Positions 10,431 through 64,000 of a DNA stretch of 64,000 nt are shown one piece after another. The position numbers and the translations under genes were made by a program. Source of the stretch: Podarcis gaigeae (lineage: Eukaryota); NCBI GenBank assembly GCA_964106915.2, contig OZ066914.1; one strand, given 5' to 3'. The notes below the pieces were generated by a model, which was given only the letters and a program-made list of their open reading frames with translations, did no database searches and was not told the DNA's origin. Positions within the stretch are counted from its first letter, which is position 1; the number at the start of each line of letters is the position of its first letter.

Positions 10431-13400
10431 TTATTGTTGTTGTTGTTTTATATTTGAAACAGCAACTGCTATACTGTAAAATATTTCAAATGATGCAGTT
10501 AAATTTAAGCACTTCTAAGTCCCCATTGTCTGAAAGTAGGAAAAAGTTAAGCATGTCTGATAATCCTGTTGAAATTGAGAAGACATAAAGGTGCTGGATC
10601 ATTTAGCTCAATCTGATATCTTTAGCTCAATCTGAAGATGTTTTCTTTGAAATAAATCTTACGGATTTCAGTGTGGTATACTCTGGAATAGCTGTATGTA
10701 GGATTGCAATTAGATACTTCAAAGTCACATTGTGTATTTAAAACACAAATAATCAATTCTGTACAATTCTGATATTAGAAAGCTTTTATCATTTGTGTCC
10801 TGAAAGCAGCTTCTGTGAAAAGTAACATTTTGAGATGGCTTGGTTGTGTTGTTGTTTGATAGGTGAATCTTTGTGCTGAGTCTTGCTGTGGGTGATGGTG
10901 GAGGTCCATCACAATGTTAAACAGTAGAATGCACTGGGTAATAAACTCTTGGCTCACCATACTTGCTAGGTGGTCCAGAACAAATTACAATTCCTCTGCC
11001 TAGCTAATGTCATAGAATAATTATAAAATTAGATGTGAGTTCCCCATAAAAAGCAAAAAAAGGAGGGCAAGCTGAATGAACAGATTTGATCTTCAGTTGC
11101 TTCATCTTTTAAGCACTGGGTAGCTACAGGTGAAGTTTTGCAAATAGAATTGGAAAGGAAAGTTTTATTAAAAATTAATCTGAGGTTTTGCTTCTAAGTG
11201 ATATCTTGAGCAAAGCTTTTCCTTGGTTGCAGCAAAACAATAGTAACTTACGGAGTAATGACAACAGTGGCAGTGATCCAAGTATCAGTTCAAAAGTAGT
11301 GATCACAGTGTGTACTGCAATTGAACACATCTATCCTGAGCTACCTTTGGTTCTCCCTCCTTTTCTTCTGTCTTCCTCACTGTCTCTGTTCATATCTCGG
11401 TTCATGTGCTGTGGGTTCATTTGCTCCCCTCTCTCACCTCAGTTTTCTTTTTCAAAATCAAGGGGCCTCTGACTATTAACAAGGCATTACTTCCAAGCCA
11501 CTGAAGACTGAATGCATGACATTTTAATAGAGCCATTGTCTATTTTAAGCAGGGGTAGGGGCGCTTATGAAGCTCTAAGATGTCATGTATGCTCATTGTG
11601 TTGTAGCAATAGCTGATTCATAAAAGGCCTGCTTCATGCTATGTTGATCATTGGGTGGGTGGGTGTACGACTGTGATTTGCCCCTACTGGTGTCTGGGAT
11701 CTGCTGAGCAAATGCTGCCTGTTTATGCAGCAGCATGATCTTCTCAGCTTGAGATAAACATTACCAGGACAGAAGTGATGTGGGACAGCTGACTGCATGG
11801 TTTTGACGCTACCCCAGCTGCAACATAAGCTGCTTCTATGGCAAATGCAGGGAAGCATCCAGAGGCAGTTTGGTCAGGGAGTGCAAAGGAAAAGAGTCTT
11901 GCGCCATCCTAACCTATTTTGAGTCTTTCCAAGGGGAACCAGAAAACAGTCTGTGGTTGTGAGAGCAGGTAACCTGTTCAAGGTGCCCCAGAAAGGAATT
12001 GGAAACCAGAACGACACTAGAGGGCATCCCAGTTTAACCAACCATATCCTTTTTGAGCACTTGGACACTAACATTAGCTTTCTTCTCATACAGGGAGCTG
12101 ACTACTTCCATCTAAAGCCAACAGGCGAGGAAAATACTCAAGTTGGTAGTGGGGGGGGGGAACTACTTTAAAAGCATTGTTTGTATTGTTGAAATAGCAA
12201 AGGACCACAAAATAGTGTTTCTTTAAAAAAAATCCTATTTTTTGCAGCTACTGCAGTGCTTCACTTAAAATCTTATATACTATATTTAAATATAGTAAAG
12301 TATAAGAGACGAGTAGCTTTTCTGCATGACATGTAAGGAAACTACCTCACATTTTGAAACTTGGATTAATGACTAGTTTATTGCAAACAAGCTATATGCT
12401 TTTAAAATTATTGTTAAGGTTGACAGTCGTTATCCTGTTTTGTATGGTATTTTAGTGCTTGGTTCACTGTTGAAATCTCATAAGTGCACTTGTTCTTTAT
12501 ACCGTTTTTAGGGACCTGGTAAGCATTTTCTGCCATAGTTTTAGTTGCCAGTGTGAGGGATTGTCCTACATAACTTATTAAATTAGGAGCCTGAGGCTTG
12601 TCCTTTATTTTTGACTGTTTGGAAAGAGAATTGCACCTGCATTCTTTAACATTTAACAACTGACACGAAGAGCCTTTTAGTTTCAGTGCCTATGATCTAC
12701 TGGTATTAATGTTATTGTTTTTAACTATTTCAATAAAATACTACTATTGAATTTTTATTTTGTTTTATAAGAAAATTATACCAAGAGAAGGACGAGGAGT
12801 AAAAATGTGATAAGGGAAAATAATCTGTGATCTGTGAAGGTTGTATATATTAGGTGCTGAATATCAATGACTATCTTGTAATCCCTTCTGTAATAACTGA
12901 CAGTGGGAATACACTTTTGTAGCAAAACCAGTAATTGGAATGCCTGTGATTTTTAAACTGCTGCATACACAATCCTGAAGTGCTTTGGGGAATTTGCCTC
13001 ATAGTTGGAAATGGATACTTGTTCCCATTTGAGGTAACTCAAATGCTATTCTATAAAAAAAATATGTAACATTATACATGGCTGAATTTTTTTCCTTTTA
13101 ATTCAGTATATGCTATCAATAAAGTAGATGCTGTTTCTCCAAGTTTGCTGGTGATGCTGTTACCTTTTTGCCTCCTTGAGTAGATTTCGGCATGCCTGAA
13201 TCTTCTAGGCTTTACTTGTCATCTTACCAGCGTGTCTATACCTTATTGCTAATATCAGGAAATCTTATTTATACTAGTTGGACCAGATAGCCTTCAAATA
13301 CATTCCAACTCTTTCTTTTTCATGAATAAAAATGACCTCTTTGTAACTATTCAAGAGAACCTTGAAATGTTTTCGGCATTATTTAATATTTTATACATTA

Positions 13401-14685
13401 GTTCAGACATTATACAGAATGTGTAGGAGGTGTTGGAACAGGTATTGAAATTATTGGGTGGTGCTCGGCCTCCTGTCCATAATTAATATTAGGTAAGGCA
13501 ATCTCAACCTACTGTGGCTTCAGTGAAGTAATTCTGTGTAAATAGTTGACTTATTTTATTAGCTTAACCTCTCCTTTCAACCTGGCCACAGAAGTTAGAT
13601 TAAACTGGTAATAGGTGTATGGTGTTTTTGTTAAGCATGTTCTCTTTGGAAGATGAGAAGTTTTTCCACTGCTGAACGGTCTTTGGAAGTCATCCTGGGG
13701 CCTCCTCCAGCTCCAATGTGGTTTGAAAGTAGTTGCTGAATTTGTATTTCCTTGTGTATTTTTCCTATACACAGGAATTGGGGGGGGGGGGGGAAATACA
13801 CCAGTAAGATCACTTGAAGTTGCTTAAAATTCTGTTTCTCTTCCACAGTCTTGCATAAAAAAAGCTTTTTAAATTTATTCTTTGGGGCACCACTTACTTG
13901 CCGTCCCTTGCCAGGAGCTGTTGTGATAAATTTCCACCAGTTGATAGTAGCCCATTTGGTTATGGTGCAGCAATAATCACTTGACTCTAGGGTTAATATG
14001 GGATGAGGGCATATTGGTGCAGCCGTGTTAAGTTAGGTGACAGAGGGTTGTGGGATTGCATATCAGCAAGTGAATAACAAGACTTTAGTGGTGCAGACAG
14101 GAAATAGAACAGGCTGTAGGAAGGTAGAGGTGCTTCTGCAGTCTGGAAAATACTGGTTGTCGGGATTAAAAGTGCAGTTAATTTAGTGGCTTAATAACTT
14201 GCTCTGTATTGTGCATCATTAGTTGAATTTGGCATTTAGAAATACATTATTTACCTGATGAAGTTGACTCTATCAGCTCTGAGAAAGGCATTTATGTTAA
14301 AATACTACTATACACATAAACTTGCATATGTCTTGGAATGATCTTACAGAGTTGGGTGTGCTTCAGAATATATTAAAAGCCCTTTAGGGAACTGAATGAG
14401 AGTCTGATTAACTATGTTCCTTACTACAGCTACATCTATATAATTCTGAAGGAAGATTCCTGTTGCTTTTGTGTCTGCCAAAAGAGGAACAGCAAATTAC
14501 TTAATGATATATTTTCTCATTTCATTGTAATTTCTATAGCCCTTTTCTGGTGGCATTGATAGTGTATTGACAGTTAAAATTGAGGTTTGTGTGTATTTTG
14601 CAAATGTAACTATGACCAGTGACTGTTAATTTTACTTTCCCCCCTCCTACCTAGGAATTACTGATTTACAAGAAACTAAAGCACC

Positions 14686-55478
<40,793 letters not shown>

Positions 55479-55911
55479 AATTGCATCAGACAGCGTGGCT
55501 GTTGAAGAGCTGTCCATCTTTAGTTTACTAAACTAGAAGTCTTCATAGTTAAGTGGCCTCATGTAGGCCTTCTGTATACAAACTGGTTTATGTGTATAAT
55601 ACAGCAGATCTTGGAGGAGGATCCAAGTCATTGTGGCACAAGTCTTTGTACATACTTTGCTTCTCTGTGAGCATTTATTGACCGTAGAAGACTGTCTGTA
55701 TTAGTTTTAGTGTACAGAGCTGTAAACAACCATTCTCTTCAATCCAGTTTCTCATAACTTTATTTGTAAAGTTGTCTTCTCTTTCTTAGCTCTTAACTCT
55801 TAGAAGCTCTTCAGTGGTTTTCCTTTTATTTTTAACAACTTCTTCTCCATATAATCCTTGAACAGTTTCTGTACGGACGCATGGCATGAATTAACTAAGT
55901 GTCTTTTTGTA

Positions 55912-55917
55912 AATAAA
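55912..55917 (+). terminator. CKAP5: CKAP5 proximal polyadenylation signal AATAAA
   Basis: First AATAAA about 430 nt after the stop codon; further AATAAA at 57539 and 58048 are possible distal sites. Confidence 0.7.
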
Positions 55918-58573
55918 GTTTGCATTAACTCTCTCTGGGAGCAGCAGTGGCTGTTGGTGAGAAATGTCCATCCATGTTCTTAGTTACAAGTGACAGCATT
56001 TCTAGTTGTTCGTGAGCTGCTGTCTAAACCTTCACAGCAGATTAACTTTCATGGAGAAGCTGAGACGCTAACATTGCAAGCATGCTTCAGGTTGAAGAAA
56101 TCTTTGATTTCTATTGAGAGCACTGTTAGTCTTGCCATGGCTTCCAGAATAGCGTGGGGCAGAGGCAGAACATTTCACCCCCTAAAAAACCACTTTCCAA
56201 GCCCTTCTCTGTATTTTAATCTAGTTAGTTTACAAGTGCTAGAATGCTCAGGTTCCTTTTAAGGATTTAGTTTCATCCATTTTGAGAACTGATTTTTTTA
56301 ACATGGTGGATGATCAGTATCCTACACTGAAGACATGTTGGCCTTTCCTCATATGTCAGTTGCTTTACATGCTGGAGCCCAGAATATTTCAATGTGCTAA
56401 TTTGCTCTTAGATATATTTTTAGCTCTGCTGTCAGCCTGAAAGTTTTGTAGTAAATGTATGATCAGTGATTGCTGCTAGTGGTTGAGAACATAGTCTTGG
56501 GGACACTGTTTCCAAAATACATGTGTTCTCAGAAGGTGAATTATACTGTGGCAGTTGAAGGTCATGTGGATGTGGTTGTGGGGAATTGTTCTGGAGGACT
56601 TGCTGCTTTTATGTATGGGTTATGCATTTGTGTGCCTCTTACAATCTGAGACTCAGAACTGCTATAGCACACAGTTGTTGGAGTAATTTCTAGGTTAATC
56701 TTCCCTCCTCTGCCCCTGCCTTGGATATTTTGACATAAGTGGCATTGCACTGGCTTTAACACACTCCCAGAAATACCAGCTCTTTCCTGTGGCTGACAGA
56801 GATTTAATTTCATTTGCATTTCTTTGTGCTTGTTAGACGTTGATTAAATAGCATTTACTATTCACCATAGTTTAGTGTTGCATCAAATCAAATTGGTTGT
56901 CTTTATAAACTTTGTTGGTCATTGTGTACACATTATGATGTGTATGCTGATTTGGAAGCGATGCCCATAAGAGGGCGCATCCCAGAGTGCATTATTTGCC
57001 TTCTGGGAGGACTCTGCACACTTCCCATTTTTAACTTGCAGTTTTTTTCAGTGGATGCCACTTCATATTGAATCAGCTGCCTTAGCTAGGGCTATGAAAG
57101 ATTGAATGAGCACCTGTCAGCCACATCATTCTATAGTACTTTGGTGTGCCTTGCAGTGGTGCAAAATGCATACAGTTTGTGGGGCTCTGAGTTGCTGCTT
57201 GTGCACATCTAGTGATAGCCTCCTCTTGTAGCTGATGCCCTGTTCCTTACTCTTATGTTGGAGCTCACACTGGTATAATAAGTGCAAGGAACGGAGAGGT
57301 AATGGTCATTAGAAATACAATTTGCAGGGGGGGGTGTATGTGTGTCATTAGTGAGATTTGGAAATGCAATGAAGTCTCTTTCAAACTTTGTTTTCTCTAA
57401 AAAGATGCTCTCCCCACCACTAGGTGTGGCTTTAGTTTTGATACATTCTCCCCTTTCAGTGCTGGTTTCAGAAATGCCCTATTTAAGCCACGTTTAGCTT
57501 AACCTAGAGCCAATGGAAATGTTTCTACAGTATGTTTGAATAAATGTTACATTTTACTACTAAAATTCTCTGTACTCCCTCAGTCTTGGTGATCTACCTA
57601 TGATAGGTACTCAAGGAGAACTAGCTCCTTTGCCTACCTGTATCTGAAAGGACAATGTCTGATCAGCATCAGTATAAACAACAGGTTTTTTATGAATATA
57701 AACTATCTTAATAGCGTATGCACCATATCCTTATAGCACAATCGAAGCACATTCTTTTCTTCAAAGAATTCTGGGCAGTGTAGTTTATCACTCCCAGATT
57801 TACAATTCTCAGCAACCCATAACAAATAGGGCCCAAAATTCTTTGAGGTGGGAAATTAAAGATATAGTATGTATGCAACCTTTGTCAATATTCATGGAAT
57901 TTGACTAGTTTTCTTCATTGTATCTTTTTATGATGCCTCACTTAGAAATGGTTCCTGCTGTAGAAAAGGCTCAATTTAACAGCTGTGGCAATGGTGGGGT
58001 ATATTTCTTTGCTTGCAGACACTACTGTTTTTTGTTTAATGGGATTGAATAAAACTACATCCCACAGCAACCACACCAAAGAACACACAAGCTGCCCTTT
58101 GGTTTACTCCCATAAATATCATAGGGTGGTGCTTGTAGTTTCACTCTGAACTTTGAATTATATTTTTTGTATTGAAATTGCAGGAAGAAAACGTATATCT
58201 GCTTTCTGCCCAGAGCCCTGAAACGGATGAACTATAGGCAACTTCTTTTACTCTCTCCTTTTTGAAGGCAAAAACACAGGCTAGGTGTACTCCTACCTTT
58301 GTTACTCTAAGATAAATAAGGCCCCATAACTTCTTATGCTAAGGTAACCCAAGCCACACTTTAAGATTTCCCATTGTATATTTTGAGGCTTGATTCTAAA
58401 AGATCCTGCATAGGGTTATCCTGCATAGCTATTTAACTTGCTCATTCAACCAGATACAGTACATTCACCTTAGTCACAGTTTTGCTTTGCTAACTTTTCA
58501 AGTGGTACCTGTACTGCTAAGTTCACTTTTTTGCAATTGATGACAAAGGAGATTGAGTACTTGGTCCAGAACC

Positions 58574-58579
58574 TTTATT
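58574..58579 (-). terminator. F2: F2 polyadenylation signal AATAAA
   Basis: TTTATT on the + strand about 110 nt past the F2 stop; preceded on the - strand by a U-rich GTATTTTGG. Confidence 0.8.
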
Positions 58580-58688
58580 GAGGTTTGTGCCAAAATACGT
58601 TTCCTTCCTTAGGCTTTTAGTTACCTGTCATGTTTGACCAGTATACATACATCTCTAAATCATTGTGCAGGTGCTAAGCTTAAGTTCT

Positions 58689-58832
58689 TTAATGCCCATG
58701 TTTCTCAGTAACCTTTTGCAACCATTTCTTCAGGCGGAACACGTGGGTATAGAATCCATATTTGCCATCACGATCACAGCCTTCTCCCCATGAGACGATA
58801 CCCGTCTGATACCACCGATTATCTGTTGGGTT
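58689..58832 (-). CDS. F2: F2 last coding exon (exon 14 equivalent)
   Basis: [47 protein letters not shown]; 144 nt. Confidence 0.96.
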   Translation of the reverse strand, partial: NPTDNRWYQTGIVSWGEGCDRDGKYGFYTHVFRLKKWLQKVTEKHGH

Positions 58833-61800
58833 CTGGAGAGAGGAGAGTGCAAGAGCACCAAGGAAGAGTCAGCATACTGGGAGAAAGCATATAGGTCACA
58901 TAAAGAGGGCAAGCAGCAGCAGGACTCTCTACAGTGGTGGCCCGCAAGACGAACGCCTTGCAAGACGGAAAACCCGCTAGACGAAAGGGTTTTCCGTTTT
59001 GGAGGCGCTTCGCAAAACGAATTTCCCTATGGGGTTGCTTCGCAAGACGAAAAAATATTGCGTCCCCCGGCGGTTTTTTTCCGCTTTTTTTCGCCCTTTT
59101 CTTAAGCCGCTAAGCCGCTTATCAGCTGTTCCGCTGATAAGCCGCTTAACAGCTGATCGCTAGAAGCCGCTAGACCGCGGTAGCGCTAATCCGCTAAGCT
59201 GTCAATGGGCTTGCTTCGCAAGACGAAAAAACCGCTAGACGAAGAGAATCGCGGAACGAATTCTTTTCGTCTAGCGAAGCACCACTGTATTTCAAAACTT
59301 TCAGAGCCCATAGAAGGTCCAGATCCAGGTATTTCTTACAGTGGAGCTTTATGAGTTATCTCTTTTCTAAAAGGAAATCTCACCCTTAATCGTAAAGATG
59401 TGGGATGGGGGGCTTGTTGCCCAACAATGCATGTGAGGATTGACTTACCAATATAAATCGGATCCACAAGCTTCTTTCTGTGTCAGGTGGAAAGCTCCCC
59501 CCCACCTCCATGGAGGGTAGCATTCACTCAGGGCTGTAACAAGTGACCTGCTGACAGTGGGAGGGACTGAAGCCCATAGGGGGTAGGGCCAACCAGTCTC
59601 CATCCTGCCCAGCAGACTGCCAAATGACGAAGAGGTTTCTCTTGCCAGAGGCTGAAGTGATTGCTTTGTTTACTAGGCTCCCTGCATCCTTGCTGAAATG
59701 TGAGCACTGTTCCTCTATCATTGATCCAGTATTTTAAGCTCGGGGGCCACCAAAGAAGTCATGACATATGTCACCCTTTTGCTGCCACTTGAGATTGATG
59801 TATTACGTCACTTGGAGCATTACACATACCTTCATGACAAAAGGGCCTCCACTGTCACCTTCGCAGGCATCTCCTCTTTGAGAATCTTCAGGGCTGTACC
59901 CTAAACAACAAGAAAAGGCATTTGAGGTTGACACTAGTGAATTCAATCTCTTCTGTTTTCCTTTTGCTGCTTTTCACCTTCTGATACTTAATCTTTTAGA
60001 AATCAGTGCCTGTGTACTGCCTTCTCAAGCAACCAGAAATATTTTCCCAGAAAGTGGGGATCAGCCCTTAGTTAACTAAAACTGGGATCTAGCTCCATAA
60101 ATTTCCCTGTTGCTTTCACTATTCTTCCATTTATTGTCATTTCAGTATGATTGGATTGGACTGTGTGTTTCTGTACAGCAATGTGAGGTAGATCAGATAT
60201 GCTAGGGGACCCAGTTACAGATAGGTAGCCGTGTTGGTCTGCCATAGTCAAAACAAAAAAAATTCCTTCCAGTAGCACTTTAAAGACCAACTAAGTCAGT
60301 TCTTGGTATGAGCTTTCGTGTGCATGCACACTTCTTCAGATACTAGGGGACCCAGTTATGGATCTCTGCAGCCTATTTTTATCACTCCATGTATTTGCTT
60401 CACCATGTGTATATCTGCCTCATATGTACAGGATACAAGCAAAATACCTGCTAAACGTATGAAGCACTCCTGTCTCACCTCTTGAGCTTCAGCCTACTTT
60501 GTGTTTCTTCTTAGCTGAGCTTTGTCAAAGGCACAGCCTGGTGTCTAGCCTGGATTTTCATCACACTGCCCACATGAATACATTATTTCCTCTCCCCACC
60601 CCAGGCTGGGAGTTCCTGGCCTGTTGCAATTTTGCTCAGGGCCTGGTGCTAGCTTGGCCAAGTTTCTCACCTGACTGGTGGTCCCTTCCTTAGCATTAAA
60701 TTAGAGGACATCATGTAGGCTTATGGGTCTTCCTATTTTGTGCAGCAGCTTCACTTGGGGAACAGTACTAGCCAGACCAAAGGGAAATATCCCTCCCTTA
60801 GACACAGCTGGAGGCCTATGAGGTATTACCCAGTTTGTGAGGGGACGCCACTTGTCAAGATTCTCCAGTCTGGGAGTTCAGATTGTCACCAGCCAAAGGG
60901 ATTGGTGGTAGGAGTATTTATATGGCGAAGGAGAGTTCCGGCTGTCTTACAGTGGTAATCATCTCTCATCCCAGTTCAGATTGGCTCATACTCTCCTTCC
61001 CTTGAAACATGTGGCTTGGGCTCACTTCCAGTTGAAATTGTTAGCATTTCCTTCAGTCTTCCCAACCACACAGATACATAACCTCACCAGTTTCTCCCTC
61101 AGTTGAAAGAACGTATCAGATGCTAAAGAAAACGTACCTGCACAGAACATGTTGTCTGTGACTCTAATCTTGGTGGATGCCTTGCAAGTTTCCCTTGGCA
61201 CAATAGGGAGGTTCACCTGCTGTAGTATGCCAGGCAGAGGTGACCTGCCAGAGGTCCATGTCTCTTGTAGGTTTCCCCAACCAGTCACACGCCCTTTGTA
61301 TCCCGTTAGCATCAGGCTACAGAACAAAAAACAACACAAACCCCAGTAGCTTAAAATCATTTTGGCTGACATTTGTAGGCAAAACATGTTTCCTTTTGTT
61401 ATGTATATGTAATGGTTTGTCTTAATCCTAATTACACTGCTCCAAACAAAAAACTGGTGTCTCTTGTGTGTGCTGAATTCTTCAGCAGAGACCAGGGTGC
61501 TACAGGAAGGAAGGCACCCATGGTGAAGTCCTCTGTAGGTATCTAGAGCACATAGGAAAGGAAGCAAGGCTAGACTCCAGCAATAAATGGCAAGTTACAT
61601 CAAACAGGATGTTTCCATTTTGCTCTTTGCAAAATCCCGAGTTTTCCAGACTGGCTGTGCTCTCATTGTATTTCTTCAACTGTGGGAATAGAAACACTCC
61701 TTAAACACACACTGTCTGTCTCATGTGCGCATGACCCCTGGCCTACAAGGTGCAATGGCTGTGGATGTACAAACCACGCATACTTTACTCTGCATTCGGC

Positions 61801-63208
61801 CTCTTTTGCACACAGCTGCCACATGTGCATTCTATTAGGCAAGAAGAACAAACACCATCCCTACCAGTAAATCCATCATTTGTCTTAAGGTTCAGATCTT
61901 CCACCCCAGGTCTGCACATGGGGCTCCTTTTGCAATCAGTACTTTGGACTAGGCACTCACGGTTAAGATCCGTCTAAACTTAGGCTCCCTATTCCTTTTG
62001 TACTCTTTGCCCATCTCTACTTTTTAATTCAGCGCAAATGGCTGGGAAGTGTGTGTCCAGCCAGCTTCCTAAAATCCTTCTGCTAGGATATCAACTCCCT
62101 TCAGGAAACAGAACCCTTAAAGCAGGGGTGGGGAAAGCTTTTCAGCTTGAGGGCCACATACCCTCATAAACTGTCTTCTGGGGGCCACATACCAATGATT
62201 GGTGGAACCAGAGGCCAAAGTAGATGAAGCAATTGAGTTGTAACCTTCTGCACACTTAAATTGGAAGTAAGCCAAAGTGGGACTTATTTAAGGTTACTTT
62301 TAAGCTCTCAATATCATGTAGGTTAGCCGCACCCTACCCTTTTCTAACAGTTATATTGCATGCTGTTTTCTAATAAAGAACCTATTGAAGCTACTGCTAC
62401 TACTGGGAAAATATGAACGGTTGTGTCCTATATATAAGATGGTCCAGCTTCATTTGTCTGCCTTATTCAGTTCATGGCAACCAGCGCCTGTCCAATAAAT
62501 TTTGCTGCCTGAGGCAAAGAACCAAATGGTGTCCCAAGTAGAAAACCCGACTGGACTAGTCTTTGGATTTTACTTCAGTAATGGCAACAGGACAGGGTCC
62601 TCTACCATGTCTGAGGACAGCAGGCTAGCTCAGAAGATGCAGGACAGCTTGAGTGGTACACAAACATCTTGCTGCTGCTCCCTACCACCCAGCATCCACT
62701 GCCTCAGTCTGCCTAATAGGACCAGGCCTGGTGACAACTTGCATCCTGCTAGTGAAGACAACCCACCTTCAGTGGAAGGCAGAAAGGGATTCATTAGTCA
62801 ATCCCAAGGTTGCCTTTTCCCAGTGTTGCTGCCATTCCAGATTTTATCACGGGTAAAACTGGGAAGATGCATGTTTGAGGACACTCACAATCTACTTAGG
62901 TGATGACACAATGTCTGGATGGGCCAACTGTCCCCCTCACCAAAGGTTTACAAACCACTAACTTAACTTGACAGGTTCCCTATCATTTTGAATGGGGCTG
63001 CTCCCATTACAACCATCACCTTCTGTCTCCTTACCTTTGAACAATCTCTTTAGTGGGTAAACAGACTGGATGTATATAGTTGCTGAACTCAACGGGCTTC
63101 TTCAGTAGTAACAGTGCAATGTCCCGGTCTAGATTCTCCTTCCAATTGTACTTGGGGTGAATGATGACTTTCTCTATCAACATAATTTTCTCCATGGTCC
63201 TCTCATAG
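58689..63208 (-). CDS. F2: Prothrombin (coagulation factor II), last four coding exons of the serine-protease domain; gene continues beyond the window end
   Basis: YERTMEKI...[15 protein letters not shown] (catalytic Asp), GRVTGWGNL...[25 protein letters not shown] (catalytic Ser, S1 Asp), [23 protein letters not shown]; tail-to-tail with CKAP5 as in mammals. Confidence 0.97.
58932..59287. mobile_element. Tc1/mariner (Tigger-like) MITE, CpG-rich (young), in last F2 intron
   Basis: TA|CAGTGGTGGCCCGCAAGACGAA ... TTCGTCTAGCGAAGCACCACTG|TA; internal CGCAAGACG and AAGCCGCT subrepeats. Confidence 0.85.
59830..59900 (-). CDS. F2: F2 exon (exon 13 equivalent)
   Basis: [24 protein letters not shown]; 71 nt. 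Confidence 0.96.
60214..60342 (-). mobile_element. Penelope-like retroelement terminal fragment with hammerhead core, in F2 intron
   Basis: Near-identical to 710-842; TSD CTAGGGGACCCAG(TTA) at 60202 and 60343; the - strand reads CTGAAGAAGTGTGCATGCACACGAAAGCTCATACCA. Confidence 0.8.
61138..61316 (-). CDS. F2: F2 exon (exon 12 equivalent)
   Basis: [20 protein letters not shown]...TDNMFCA; 179 nt. Confidence 0.96.
63035..63208 (-). CDS. F2: F2 exon (human exon 11 equivalent)
   Basis: [33 protein letters not shown]...EIVQ; 174 nt; AG/GT on the - strand. Confidence 0.96.
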
Positions 63209-64000
63209 CTGAAACATTTCCCAAAAAAAGAGAAGCAATTGATATATTTAAATACTGTCATCAGGGTGCCTTCAACTTGACTACAGTTTACAATAAGCCC
63301 AAGCCAAGTAGATGGTGAAATAGGACTTCTGGAGGCTCCTTAATTGTGGCAAAGGGAAAAAATACAGGTTGTATGTTCAGATAATGTGTCTCCATGGGAA
63401 CTAATTGCTAGGGATTTCTTTTTGATACAGGAACACTCTGGGATGTACTGGATAGGAATGAAAGATCATAGAAGTGGGGTCATAAGCATAACCCCCTCTC
63501 CTAAGTAAGAATGATGCAATCTAGGTCTGTTTTTTTTTCTGGGCAAGGGGACAAAGGAGACTATAGTTTTCAGTGTGGCAGAAAGACTATGGGCTATTCA
63601 AGTTCAGAGAAATTGCCTTCATTAGAGTTGCCTCTCTCTGGAGATCAGGCAATCAAACTGTCTTTCTGTTAGTGTGTTTTTCCTAAATCTATGCTCAACC
63701 TGTATATTTGTCAATAAACTTTAAAAATGCCATAACCTTCCAGAGACCTCCATACAAAGGAAACCAAAACTGGGTAAATGCTAAGTCCCTGGGACTTCTG
63801 ACCATTTAGCATAGTGGGGCAAGCCTAAGAATGATACTTAAAATGTGCATACTTTGAATTTAGTGTGTGGATGCATGGCACCTTGCATCCTGGAAGATTT
63901 CCCTTGACACCTAGAAGCATGGTTAGTGTTCTGCATGCCCAGAATCAATTCTGACTAAACATCAGGAAGAACTTTCTGGTGGCAAGAGCTGTTTGGCAGT

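Noticed and set aside
14254-14296. CTGATGAAGTTGACTC... resembling a hammerhead core
   Set aside because: No properly placed stem II/GAAA or stem I; at most a decayed remnant.
59524-59541. TCAGGGCTGTA repeating the start of F2 exon 13 (YSPE), suggesting a duplicated exon
   Set aside because: Only an 11-bp match, no acceptor, followed immediately by a stop; compatible with chance.
63340-63825. Possible solo LTR in an F2 intron (TG start, internal AATAAA)
   Set aside because: No clear TG...CA boundaries with a TSD could be established by eye.

Overview
Vertebrate genomic DNA from a squamate reptile, most likely a lacertid lizard (it carries a full-length Sauria SINE and other squamate repeats). 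The window holds the complete CKAP5 (ch-TOG/XMAP215 microtubule polymerase) gene on the + strand. It has a CpG-island promoter and non-coding exon 1 near 1.6 kb and 43 constitutive coding exons from 14686 to 55478, which sum to 6102 nt (2033 aa). Two extra in-frame cassette exons (69 nt and 24 nt) and one GC-AG intron are also present. The last four exons of prothrombin (F2) lie tail-to-tail on the - strand, the same arrangement as in mammals. The U6-methylating box C/D snoRNA SNORD67 sits in CKAP5 intron 35. The most unusual items are: (i) a TSD-flanked perfect 99-bp palindrome carrying a complete minimal hammerhead ribozyme of the Penelope-like type, nested in a hAT-like element just upstream of the promoter, with a second single-arm copy in sense orientation in an F2 intron; (ii) a U6 snRNA 5' fragment about 70 nt downstream of the U6-targeting SNORD67; (iii) a spacerless 140-bp palindrome in intron 28; (iv) a second CpG-island promoter candidate with different motif logic; (v) templated-duplication scars. 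I see no evidence of a novel protein-coding system. All identifications come from recall and manual inspection, not database searches.
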